DNA of 64,000 bases from Octopus vulgaris (Eukaryota), in contig OX597814.1 of NCBI GenBank assembly GCA_951406725.2, positions 29,760,001 through 29,824,000 of the forward strand. The letters run 5' to 3'. The notes under the pieces are model-generated. The model saw only the letters and a list, made by a program, of their open reading frames with translations. It was not told the DNA's origin and ran no database searches. Shown here piece by piece: positions 1 through 18,530 of this stretch (position 1 is the first letter of the stretch; each line of letters opens with the position of its first letter). The position numbers and the translations under genes are program-made.

Positions 1-13
1 CACCGCTCACTAT

Positions 14-110
14 TTGTGTGTTAATGGAGGTGGCCCCATTGGCTACTACCACCTGACTTCTATCCTTCAGAAAGTCATGAAGCCATTCTCCCAGTTTTCC
101 AACTATGTTG
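14..110 (+). mobile_element. possible decayed LINE reverse-transcriptase fragment
   Basis: The unique-sequence part translates to [16 protein letters not shown], loosely resembling the non-LTR RT motif YRPISLTSILxKVME. Short and weak. Confidence 0.3.
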
Positions 111-112
111 AG

Positions 113-4032
<3,920 letters not shown>

Positions 4033-4278
4033 CACCGTGACCGACCAGACTATCAGATGTTGCTACACATCGCTGGTCACAATGCGCTTCGCATTGTTTT
4101 AGCCTTCAAATAACGCCACCCCGTTGGCTAAGCGAGCAGGCCAACAGAAGAAAAAGTGGGAGAAAGTTGTGGCGAAAGAGTACGGCAGGGTTCGCCACCA
4201 CCCCCTGCTGGAGCCTCATGGAGCTTTAGGTGTTTTTCGCTCAATAAACACTCACAACGCGCGGTCTGGGAATCGAAA
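4033..4278 (-). mobile_element. tRNA-derived SINE, head H1 (5'-truncated) + tail Z
   Basis: B-box region tttcgattccc plus the body 'gttgtgagtgtttattgagcgaaaaacacctaaagctcc', shared with 57886-58270. The 3' tail is different. Confidence 0.85.
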
Positions 4279-5368
4279 TATGTATGTATATGCACATATA
4301 TATACATACATATACATATGTGTATATGCACATATACATACATACATATACATATGTGTATATGCACATATACATACATACATATACATATGTGTATATG
4401 CACATATACATACATACATATACATATGTGTATATGCACATATACATACATACATATACATGTGTATATGCACATATACATACATACATATACATATGTG
4501 TATATGCACATATACATACATACATATACATATGTGTATATGCACATATACATATGTGTATATGCACATATACATACATACATATACATATGTGTATATG
4601 CACATATAAATACATACATATACATATGTGTATATGCACATATACATACATACATATACATATGTGTATATGCACATATACATACATACATATACATATG
4701 TGTATATGCACATATACATACATACATATACATATGTGTATATGCACATATACATACATACATATACATATGTGTATATGCACATATACATACATACATA
4801 TACATATGTGTATATGCACATATACATACATACATATACATGTGTATATGCACATATACATACATACATATACATGTGTATATGCACATATACATACATA
4901 CATATACATGTGTATATGCACATATACATACATACATATACATATGTGTATATGCACATATACATACATACATATACATGTGTATATGCACATATACATA
5001 CATACATATACATGTGTATATGCACATATACATACATACATATACATGTGTTTATGCACATATACATACATACATATACATGTGTATATGCACATATACA
5101 TACATACATATACATGTGTATATGCACATATACATACATACATATACATATGTGTATATGCACATATACATACATACATATACATATGTGTATATGCACA
5201 TATACATACATATACATATGTGTATATGCACATATACATACATACATATGTGTATATGCACATATACATATGTGTATATGCACATATACATACATATACA
5301 TATGTGTATATGCACATATACATACATACATATATATGATATATATATATATATATATACATATATAC
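4279..5368. repeat. 36/34-bp minisatellite
   Basis: Tandem unit tgtatatgcacatatacatacatacatatacatatg, seen as a 12-aa periodicity in the ORF track. Confidence 0.95.
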
Positions 5369-5494
5369 ACAATGAATGATCGCTAGCCACTAAATCTTTG
5401 TTTATTCTCTCTTTGTTTTATTTTTTTGCGTTCTTCTATGTTGAAGAGTGCAGTCTCGAAACGTGAAAGATTTATACATGTACTCTTATATATC

Positions 5495-5915
5495 TTTCTT
5501 CTGGTTTCCGCTCAGAGTTGTGGCCATGCTGGGACTGTGCTGTTTTGCATCACCCTTATCATTGAAAGCCTCCTCTACTACATGGCATTTGGTAAATAAA
5601 GGGAATTTGATGTCACTGCCCTTATCTTCAACTCTTGCCGTGAGGTAGGTTCATTGTGTTCTCTCGACAGGAAGAGATCCAGTTTTGATTTGAAAACACA
5701 TCCACTTTGTGTAGGTCCCTCAGGGTCTTTGGGCGAATATTCAAAAGCTGTGGGCTGCTGAGACCCAGTCTGAGGCAGTAACTGGTAGTGAAGCATGATG
5801 GCATTGCTGGGATCTTTGGCACTGTGTAGTGTCGACCCGTTCAGGCATTCGCGTAGCTTTTAATTCTAAAATTTGGCACAATTCCTTCCACATGTATATT
5901 ACTGCATATTTCTTC
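5495..5915 (-). mobile_element. decayed LINE 3' end (CR1/L2-group-like RT C-terminus + 3' UTR)
   Basis: Frameshifted peptides PKIPAMPS...PQLLNIRPKTLRDLHKVD and FKSKLDLFLSR..EPTSRQE match the copy at 9385-9597. Both end in the ccagcatggccac...gaaac tail. Confidence 0.75.
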
Positions 5916-6099
5916 TATCTTCGCTCCAGGGAGTAGAGTCTTAACTGTTTCAGCTTCTTTCAGTAGCTGATATGTTGCAATAGAGATGATCTGCTTTGTG
6001 AAACTTCACAGGATTGCTTCAAGGTCCGCTGTTAATTTTATACTATGTATGTGTGTGTGTGTATATATATATATATGTGTACATATATATATATATATA

Positions 6100-6235
6100 T
6101 TTTATCTTTTACTGGTTTCAGCCCAGGGCTCAGGTCATGCTGGTGCACCACCTGTAGTTACTTGGTGTTGTTTCCGATATTGTTTTTGCTAAGATATAGA
6201 GTTGGATGGAGCAGCTCTTCTTTCCGTCTCCTGCT
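6100..6235 (-). mobile_element. LINE 3' terminal fragment (same family)
   Basis: QETERRAAPSNS aligns with [12 protein letters not shown] of 9385-9597, followed by ggtgcaccagcatgacc...ctgaaaccagtaaaagataaaa. Confidence 0.7.
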
Positions 6236-6278
6236 TTGTGAGTGGATTTGGTAGACGGAAACTGAAAGAAGCCTGTCG

Positions 6279-6324
<46 letters not shown>

Positions 6325-6541
6325 TGTGCGTGTTTGTCCCCCTAGCATTGCTTGACAACCGATGCTGGTGTGTTTACGTCCCCCGTCACTTAGCGGTTCA
6401 GCAAAAGGGACCGATAGAATAAGTACTCGGTTCGGCAAAAGGGACCGATAGAATAAGTACTGGGTTACAAAGAATAAGTCCCGGTGTTGATTCGCTCGAC
6501 TAAAGGCGGTGCTCCAGCATGGCCGTGGTCAAAATAACTGA
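6233..6541 (+). mobile_element. SINE family D, 5'-truncated, with a ~34-bp internal duplication
   Basis: Matches 56482-56880 (gtggatttggtagacggaaactgaaagaagc...ggcggtgctccagcatggcc). The segment 'gcaaaagggaccgatagaataagtact' occurs twice. Confidence 0.85.
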
Positions 6542-6824
6542 ATATGATGATGATGATGATGATGATATACATTTATAAATAAATATATTTACATTTATCT
6601 AAATATATACATTTATATGTATAAAATGGCTAAAAAATATACATATATATAAATATATATATAAATTTACATATCTAAATATGTATATACCAAAATATAA
6701 TTATATATATACATATGTCTAAATATATATATGTATATATGTGTGTGTATATACATACATATATATATATATATGTGTGTGTATATACATACATATATAT
6801 ATATATGTGTGTGTATATACATAC

Positions 6825-6856
<32 letters not shown>

Positions 6857-6952
6857 CTAAACATATTGAAACACACACACATATATATATATATATATAC
6901 CATTATATATACATATCTAAATATAGATATTTATACATACATATATATACTT

Positions 6953-7227
6953 GTGGAGGCACATGGCCTAGTGGTTAGAGCTCGGACTCACGGTGGAGAG
7001 ACCGTGGGTTCGAATCTCAGACCGGGCGATGTGTGTTTATGAGCAAAACACTTAAGCTCCACGCGGCTCCGGCAGAAGGTAATGGTGAACTTCTGCTGAC
7101 TAATTCACCACAACTTTCTCTCACTCCTCCTGCATCTTGCAGGAGGTGGGGAACCTATAACCCAAGGAAACTGGGAAACCGGCCTTTATAAGCCAGGTGT
7201 GGATCACGAAGGAACAAACGAAACAAC
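6953..7227 (+). mobile_element. tRNA-derived SINE, head H1' + tail Y'
   Basis: A-box tggcctagtgg and B-box ggttcgaatct; homologous to 46403-46693. Confidence 0.85.
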
Positions 7228-8700
<1,473 letters not shown>

Positions 8701-8745
8701 TATCCATAATTGGATACAACTCACCCAACAAGAACTCACTACTTG

Positions 8746-8797
8746 AACAACACTTGACTTAAACAACACTTGACTTAAACAACACTTGACTTAAACA
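8746..8797. repeat. 16-bp tandem repeat x3
   Basis: aacaacacttgactta repeated three times. Confidence 0.9.
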
Positions 8798-8881
8798 GGA
8801 TTCGAATAATCCTATCAGGTGGTGCTATTAAGTTAGACAAGGCCTGGACCAATCTTTGGTCGAAACATATCTAAGTTTATA

Positions 8882-8926
<45 letters not shown>

Positions 8927-9039
8927 ACGTATGGATATATATATGTATGTGTGTGTATATATATATATAAATACGTATGTATATCTATGTTTGTAAATAT
9001 ACATATATGTGTATCATTGTCAGCATTATGTACAAAGCA

Positions 9040-9358
9040 CTATTCAAGCATGATGGTTGCCAGTGCCACCCAACTGGCTCTGTGCCGGTGGCATGTAAAA
9101 AACAGCATTCGAGTATAGTTGCTGCTAGTGCCACTCGATTGGCGCTTGTGCCAGTAGCACGTTAAAAGCACCATTTGAGCGCGGTCGATGCCAGTAACGT
9201 CAAAATGGTCCCTGTGCCTGTGACACGGAAAAAATACCCACTACATTCTAGGGGTGGCTGGCATTAGGGAAGGCATCCACCTGTAGAAACTCTGCCAGAT
9301 GAGAGGGGAACCCGGTGCAGACTTCTGGCTCGCCAGCCTTCGGTGAAACTGTCCAACT
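9040..9358 (+). mobile_element. SINE-like family B (~65-bp tandem units + RTE-like tail)
   Basis: gtgccggtggcatgtaaaaa units followed by ggcattagggaaggcatccacctgtagaaac. Confidence 0.75.
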
Positions 9359-9384
9359 ATATAGATATATATATATATATATAT

Positions 9385-9597
9385 GATTGATTGATTGATT
9401 GATTCTAGTTTCAGCTTATGAGCTGTGGCCATGCTGGGGCACCGCCAATTGGTGTTGCTACTTGGTTTCACTTCATGGAGGCTTTCTAGCAACTGCTATT
9501 TGGTGCATGAGAGAGTTCGATGCAGCTGCCCTCATCTGCCCCTCCTGCCGTGAAGTTGGTTCATCTGGGACACCTGACAGGAAGAGATCCAGCTTCA
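9385..9597 (-). mobile_element. LINE 3' end with (AATC)n tail
   Basis: Reads [41 protein letters not shown], then the 3' UTR ggcggtgccccagcatggccacagctcataagctgaaactag and (aatc)n. Confidence 0.8.
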
Positions 9598-11713
9598 TAT
9601 ACATATCTATATATATACATATCTATATATATACATATAGATATATATATATATATACATTTAGATATATATACATATACATATATATATATACATATAC
9701 ATTTAGATATATATACATATAGATATATACATATATATATATATATGTATATACATTTAGATATATATACATATACATTTATATATATATACATTTAGAT
9801 ATATATACATATAGATATATATATACATATCTATATATATCTGTATATATGTATATACATTTAGATATATATACATATACATTTAGATATATATACATAT
9901 AGATATATATATACATATCTATATATATATACATATCTATATATATCTGTATATATGTATATACATATATATATCTGTATATATGTATATACACATATAT
10001 ATATCTGTATATATGTATATACACATATATCTGTATATATGTATATACATACATATCTACATGTTTAAACATACATATCTACATGTATATACATACATAT
10101 CTACATGTATATACATACATATCTACATGTATATACATACATATCTACATGTATATACATACATATCTACATGCATATACATACATATCTACATGCATAT
10201 ACATACATATCTACATGCATATACATACATATCTACATGTATATACATACATATCTACATGTATATACATACATATCTACATGTATATACATACATATCT
10301 ACATGTATATACATACATATCTACATGTATATACATACATATCTATATCTGTATATATGTATATACATACATATCTATATCTGTATATATGTATATACAT
10401 ACATATCTACCTGTATATACATACATACATACATATCTACCTGTATATACATACATACATACATATCTACCTATACATACATATCTATATCTGTATATAT
10501 GTATATACATACATATCTACCTGTATATACATACATACATACATATCTACCTGTATATACATACATACATACATATCTACCTGTATATACATACATACAT
10601 ACATATCTACCTGTATATACATACATACATACATATCTACCTGTATATACATACATACATACATATCTACCTGTATATACATACATACATACATATCTAC
10701 CTGTATATACATACATACATACATATCTACCTGTATATACATACATACATACATATCTACCTGTATATACATACATACATATCTACCTGTATATACATAC
10801 ATACATATCTACATGTATATACATACATACATATCTACATGTATATACATACATATCTACATGTATATACATACATATCTACATGTATATACATACATAT
10901 CTACATGTATATACATACATATCTACATGTATATACATACATATCTACATGTATATACATACATATCTACATGTATATACATACATATCTACATGTATAT
11001 ACATACATATCTACATGTATATACATACATATCCACATGTATATACATACATATCCACATGTATATACATACATATCTACACGTATATACATACATACAT
11101 ATCTACCTGTATATACATACATACATATCTACCTGTATATACATACATACATATCTACCTGTATATACATACATACATACATATCTACCTGTATATACAT
11201 ACATACATACATATCTACCTGTATATACATACATATCTACCTGTATATACATACATATCTACCTGTATATACATACATATCTACATGTATATACATACAT
11301 ATCTACATGTATATACATACAAATCTACATGTATATACATACATATCTACATGTATATACATACATATCTACATGTATATACATATCTATCTATATGTAT
11401 ATACATATCTATCTATATGTATATACATATATATCTATATGTATATACATATCTATATGTATATACATATCTATATGTATATACATATCTATATGTATAT
11501 ACATATCTATATGTATATACATATCTATATATATATACATATATATATCTATGTATATACATATATATATATCTATATATATACATATATATATCTATAT
11601 ATGTATATAAAGATATATATATCTATATGTATATACATATATATATATCTATATGTATATACATATATATCTATATGTATATATATATATATATATGTAT
11701 ATACATATATATC

Positions 11714-11761
<48 letters not shown>

Positions 11762-11790
11762 CACATATATATATGTATGTATATATGCAT
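9598..11790. repeat. micro/minisatellite array with 22-bp and 30-bp units
   Basis: acatatctacatgtatatacat (22 bp) and acatatctacctgtatatacatacatacat (30 bp, about 10510-10770). Confidence 0.95.
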
Positions 11791-12284
11791 ATTATTTGAA
11801 ACAGTTTAAATTATTCAAGTGCAATGCTTTAAAGTTAAATTGTCAGATGAAAATAGTTGTAACTTTATTTAACCAGAGAATTATGTATCCACCCTTGGTA
11901 CAAAACGTAATATAACAAATGTGCATATTTGGGTTAGAAAGATCTTATTTTACATATAAGTAGTAAGATCTTCCAGACTTAATATAAAGTATTAACCAAA
12001 TCCTAATTACAACAGTGGTAGTAATTAAAATAACAGAAACATACTAGGAATAGCCATGAAAATAACTAATAATCATTGGGGAAGAAAAGAAAAATGCAAA
12101 TACAATGATATAAGACAGTAAACTGCTATTGGAAAAAATGTTGTGGGTGGTTCAAAGCCATATCAGTACTTCACATCAATTAAATGAATGAGGAAAAATT
12201 ATATAAATTAACCAACATTTTTTTTTTAAGGCTTTGAGCAAAGACTAGTATTTGTTAAACTGGTGTTTCAGTAAAAATACGCAC

Positions 12285-12488
12285 CTGATTGTCATTTAAA
12301 TTGGTGAGTGCCCAGGGTTTGATATCGCTTGTTGCTAGCAGCCAATTATGAAGTGTCTCAATAATAAGTTGCTTCTTTCTGTGACCAATAAATATTTTGG
12401 AAACAAAACTATTTCACTATGAACAGAACATGTTGGTAAACATATCTACTTGAGACAGCTGTTACGAATGTGGAAGGTAGTTTATAGA
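12285..12488 (-). other. candidate spliced exon (5' UTR + possible start ATG-ACA-ATC-AG) of a leftward gene
   Basis: Acceptor tttactgtttcag at 12489 and donor CAG|gtgcgt at 12284. No frame is open across it; the ATG lies 11 nt before the donor. No homology support. Confidence 0.25.
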
Positions 12489-15400
12489 CTGAAACAGTAA
12501 AATGACTGAATTCATTCTCAATAATAAAAGTGAAAAGGATCAGAACAAATTCAACTACAGACACTCTGCCCTATAATATACTGTTTTCTTTTATCTTATT
12601 TCACGAGTCTAGCTACCTGTTTTAGCTGCCCAATTTTAGAATAACACCACCTTTTAAAAGCCAGCTGCAAACAACATAAATAGTCATTTGAGAGTGTTTT
12701 AAGCAACAATGTTGAATCTTAATAACTTTGCAATTCTCTTCTCTCCTGTGGGACCCTTTCAATTACCTTTAATATTTCATCCTAAATTTTAGAAGCTAAT
12801 AAATTAGAAATTTGTGTTACTTACACATATGCTTGTTCATATATAATTTCTTGTCTCTTTCTTGCCTCTCCTTCTTAGAATATTTAAAAAAAAAAAAAAT
12901 TATCTCCAAGCAAGATAGAAAAAAATCTGTGTTTAAACGCAAAGAATTTAACAAGAAAAAATATATAAAGACAAAAAAAAAACTTGCGCTCTTTAAATAT
13001 ATAACCAACTAATACAAAAAAAAAAAAAGAAAAATCTAAACGATTCCTTTAACCTAAAATAGTTGAAGATAACTAGTCCTTAAATTTAAACTTAATTCAT
13101 AAGAAACTGAAAACAGCTGGGGAAGGAAGTACCTGAACAAAATGAGGTACGATCCTTTGGAAAATACCATATTTAAAAAGGTCTAGTTTTTAGATGATTC
13201 TAGTAATAAAATTATTCAAAATGAAAAAAAAATCAAATTAACTACTGGGAATTTTAGTTTAATCGAATATTTAAAGGAGGGGGGAGGAATTATTTTACTC
13301 TATTTAATAAACGTTCCAAATACCTTAATATATTGCAGGTGGCATAAATGTGAAGGAAAAAAAAATCTTTACCGAATTCTTTGGATATTAATATCAGTTT
13401 TCATATAAAGTATTATATTAAGTTAAACCTAACTACAATGTAAAAAGCAAACGGCTAACAGAAATATATATATATATACATACACACGTATATATATTAT
13501 GAAGACAATTCGCATATATAGAGATAATAAAATTTTGAAACCGCTTTATCAATCAACTACTTTCATTTCTCTTACAATATACTACAGCATGACGAATAAT
13601 GCCGTGTCAGAATTATTATAAAGAAACGAACAAGGAAATACTGAAAGAGGGCATTTCTAATTTATGTGACTAATGAAACTGTTCTACTATCTTTAAGTAG
13701 CTTCTACGTTATTATAACGATTTTTAATATGAACTGTGCAGTGTCTTAGAACGATGAAATTCATTAATTACACAGCAGACATTTTCGATTAAATGAAATA
13801 ACGCCTTTTTCTTTAGCACCTGGCCGAAACTGTTGAATCGGGGGGTTTCGAGCCATTACACGCTGACTTCTGCTGCACCGAAATGTTAATTTCTGATCTG
13901 ATGCACGTTACGCAATCACTTCATCGCTATTGTGTCATATTTTTCTTCATAAAGGCAACCTTGTTTATTAAAAACCACAAAATACTACATTGAAATATGC
14001 AGTGCAGAATGTAGTAATAATATAAGCAAGAACATAAGATGGATGAAATCACAGCAAGAAATAGAATCTAAGTGGGTGCTGGCAATCAAGAAATGGAGGG
14101 ATAGACCCTGATTCCAACCGGAAATCAATGGAGTTTCGAAGCCTTGGATTTTTGTGTGGGTTGTATAATATTCCTTTAGCAATGTGAATTAAGAACAATG
14201 GAGTAAACGGGTGTTCATTAATGAGAAAGTGACGTATAAACTAGTAAAAATATTACTATTTATCCACAGTCGGTTTACGTAATCTCACGTTTAAAATAGT
14301 GGCAGCTGTTAATTCCTCTTACAATTTAGGTTAAAACGACGTATATAACGATGATTGAAATAATTAAAAGAATGAAATACGAAAAATATGGAAAAAAAAT
14401 TATTAAAAAAAAAAAACACGTCTTCTTAACAAAGATAAATATTGGAAATGATACTGTAAAAAAAAAACAAATTTACTAATAATTAACTTTCAATATACCT
14501 TTTTTTTCATTCAAGTCGAAAACTCAACATAGGTAATAATTGAGCAGAAATTTCTTGATATTTTTAAAGCATCACATTTCATTCACTACCACCTCAGGTG
14601 TACTTATAGTTAAGACGACCGTAAAAATAACTGTAATCAAGAACAGAGAAATAGACTCGTAAATACAATTAAACGTTCGAAGCAAGTAGTTAATTAACAG
14701 AACATTCTTCCATGAAAATTGGCTTTCTCTATCTAATATTATAACCATACACAGGATGGAAGAACGACATTTACACCGAACTGAAACGACGACGAGAGAG
14801 AGATTTTTCAAAAAAAAAAACCAAGCGGATAATTATTCTAAAATTACACCAAACTGTAGTATTTTGACGGAGACTAATGTAAATGATAAAAACTGACCTT
14901 TTAAAATTAATAAAAGACCTCTTAAATCCAACGTTGCTCGACAAGCATTTGAACAATGTCTATATCTGGCGGAGGGGAATTCCACACTGGAAACGAGGCA
15001 ATATTGCTGAGACATCAACAATGCTGAGCCCGTTGTTTTCGGAAATGATCCTCATTCCTTATTCTATTATTATTACAATTTTTTTTTTTATTTTGCAACA
15101 ATCTACAAAGATATATTGATCAACGTTTGTCGTAATTTTTTTTTTTTTTTTTACGGTTCTCGAAATTGGTCAATGCACTAAAATTTATCTCCGTCGATGA
15201 CGATTTCGTTTAGAGGTCTCTGTAGCTTTATATATATTTTTTTTTGTTTTTAGTTTCGGTTTCAGTTTGCTATTTCTGCTGTGCAAATTTTTTTGCTTTT
15301 AGATATAAAAAATACGTAGCCCTTATATTATATATATATATATATATATAATGTATGTATATGTGTGTGCGTACGTGCGCGCGTGTATGAAAGAGGGGTA

Positions 15401-17909
15401 AAGTGAGAAAAATAATTATGAAAAGATTCTAAATATTTAATTCAATCGTCTAAAATTTATAAATATAATATTTAAGACGACAAAAATTAATGATTATTAC
15501 TTTCAATATGATTTAACAGCTACAATATCAAAACAAACATCAATAAATATAATATAACTTGAATTAATAAATAAATAAATATATAATACAATTACGTTTG
15601 ACTAACAGATCAAGTAAAACGGAATACGAAACGTTGGCTTAATCCACATGAGCAAGCCTCCTTTCGAAAAAAAAAAAAAAGTCAGAGAAGCATGTAAAAC
15701 AGCATGATTTAAGTTTGATGCAACTGAAAGGTTGTTCGCTGCTAACGTCACAGATTATGCCAGTCTAGTCTGGTAAGGTGGTCGTTCAAGAAAATAGCAG
15801 CAGCTTACTTTATTTGTCCAACACAAGAGAGGTTGTGGATCCGGTAGTCAACATTTAATAACTACTAATGCGAAAGCGCACATGCAAGAGAGTCACTAAG
15901 ACATTCCTCCCAATCATTTTCCTCAAAAAATATCCGGTTACCGAAAATAAAATTTTCCAGTTTCGCCTTTTTACAAAATCAAAATATCCAAAACTTAATC
16001 TTAAAATGATTATATATATTTTAAGTTTTTTTTTTTTTTTTTTTGAAAGTTATAAAAAAATAGATGGAAATAGTTCGATTTTTTTTTTTAAAACATGCAG
16101 AAAAATGAAAATCGGTTGGCATAAACAGATCTTAATATTCGATGTGCGTATTATCTCCCTATTAAGAGGTATCTAATTCGAACCGAGCGGAATTTCCTTG
16201 AGAAAAAAAATTGTCCCATTCTCCATCTTGATAATCTTAAAATTTCATAGAATCTAGTGAAGGATGGGGATTGTGCAACTTAATTGTGTTAGTTGTGTGA
16301 CGCTTTAAAGAATTTAGAGCAAGCTTTTTTATGCTTACAGCCTTTGCCTTTTTTTACTATTTTAATACCGCACGCATATGTACATATACGCACACAGAGA
16401 AGCGTGTGCATGGTGAACCATTTCTGCTGTAGCTCAAATATTGTGAAATTTTACTATAGAACATATAGGTGATCCATGATTATATATGTATATATACAAA
16501 CACACACACACACGTCAACTGTTGTTTATAACGAAATATAGTTAATATTTGCAGCCTAAAATTTATTTTCAAAAATCTTTAGAGATTCCTTTTCTTTTTC
16601 TTCATGAATGAATTTTCTCGAAGTTTGAGAATATACTATGCTCTGTATGACCGACAAGTAAAGCAGTTATTAACAAGTTAGTTCAATTTCCAAGTAAAGT
16701 TCGTATCTGCTTCACGTATTTGAAGTAAAATTCTTTCCTTTTCCCACCATTTTAAATGTTAGAGTGGATTTTCTTCTTTCTTTTTTTTAAATAAATAATC
16801 ATATATAATTGCCATTACTTCATATAAACCGGATATTTTCCATCAAAATTACATTAATTAATCCTTATACAGTTTGGGTCGCAAGTCTATCGTTCTAAAC
16901 TGGATATATCAGTATCATTTTTTATCCAGTGGTCTCGGACAGCATTACGGCTTCGAGGAATATCTGCATATTTTAGGTTCACAAGAAATTACTTTATCTC
17001 TACTGTTCCCCAAAACACTCCGAACATCTAGGGCTAGCTGAGCCAATCCTGATAGTGCATTCCACAAGCCTGCGAATGCATGTTAACATGTAATTTATAA
17101 ACTTTATTCTTTACTTGGGAACTATATACGTCAATGCTAAATCCACAATACGGTTTCTTTTCCCCTTTTTTGTTCACCGGTCAAAGTTCAGCTTTAAATA
17201 AATGGTACTTTCCATTACTACAACTTATGACACACTTTACATCCAGCTTAACGGCTCATCATTAGAACATGTTACAGGTACACTTTCTTCTGCAGAGTAA
17301 AATTTTGTAATATTGAAAACTGTTTCTTTTCGAACTTTCCCCTCGTTTCCATGTGGAAAACACTAGATTATTAGTGTCGCTCCCAGAAAACACTAACAAT
17401 GTGTAGAATCTCCGAGAAAAATTCTGCCAAGCAAGAAGAGGTACCTATCGCGTCTCTCCTTCGGAAAGGAATGAAAGTTCCCTGTCACCTTAGAAATTCA
17501 CGAGGCCTCTTTTTGGATCATCGAGCCCCCGGATCGATACTAGCTGTATTCCACTATAAGAGGCCCGGACGTTGTGTAATCATCGTTCTGTAAGGTTACA
17601 CATTGAAATCAGGTCTGCAAGAGAAGTCCCTTTACGGGACATTTTTTTTTTCTTCTAGACTTCCCTGGTGTATAATTTAGGAGAATGAGGGCGGTGTGTG
17701 TATATAAAACAAATATTGTTATCGACCAGTATTTTTTGTAATGGAAACGAAGTTCACAAATCAACTTGATAAACTTGGATATCAATTAACATTAAACAAT
17801 TAATATAAGATGAATAATTACATCTAACATTCTCAAATTGTATCAGCTGTGATCTACACACCTTTTCTTTGGACACTGCACTAGGACTTCAATACCCAAC
17901 GTGTCTAAG

Positions 17910-18530
17910 ACGATAGAGTGCGGTTTGAGTAAGATTTAGTAACAATTTCTAACAGATTGAGTAACTATGCTTCCTCGTAAGTTTTTTAGATCCAGGTAAG
18001 TCCTGATCTAGCAGTTTTCTGATCGACTACAATACAACTATGACCAGTTTGTAATGTAGTCGATTTTAATTCATTCATTGTACCTATACCTACATTATCC
18101 AAGTGTATCTGTATCTTTCTTTCCTTAATACGGTGAGTGTATGATTTGAAAAAGGTTTTGCTAGTTTCCAGCAGGACATGCCACTGCGTAAAGGCTTCCC
18201 CTTTTCTACTGTCAAAGATTTTTCCACACCCAAACCCTAGTGAAGCAAAGTAAAATCGAAACCAACTGACGCGGCTAAGTCAAGCTCACATGATAGAAAA
18301 ATTAGAGGGAAAAGCAGAACAGTTCAGATCGTTTACGAAAGAGGTGTTGTCGATTCAAGTTGTTTAGCCTCTGAATGAGCAGAGTTTATAAAGGTTGTCC
18401 CAGCTTTGACCATGCTGTCTATTATTTTATTTTTAGGAATAGTTATATCTATAAAAAAAAATTGGTTTTAACTCGGTAAAGTGTGGTTGGGATTTGGCTG
18501 CTATTTGTTGCAAGTCGACGGACCACATAC
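17910..18530 (+). repeat. cluster of ancient short interspersed repeats (gatttggctgctatttctagcagg family)
   Basis: Three diverged copies near 17930, 18150 and 18490; relatives near 31165, 31388 and 39290. Confidence 0.5.

Noticed and set aside
16980-17600. Possible decayed LINE C-terminal zinc-finger region
   Set aside because: Only a vague CxxC resemblance (SPRCSEC); too weak to call.
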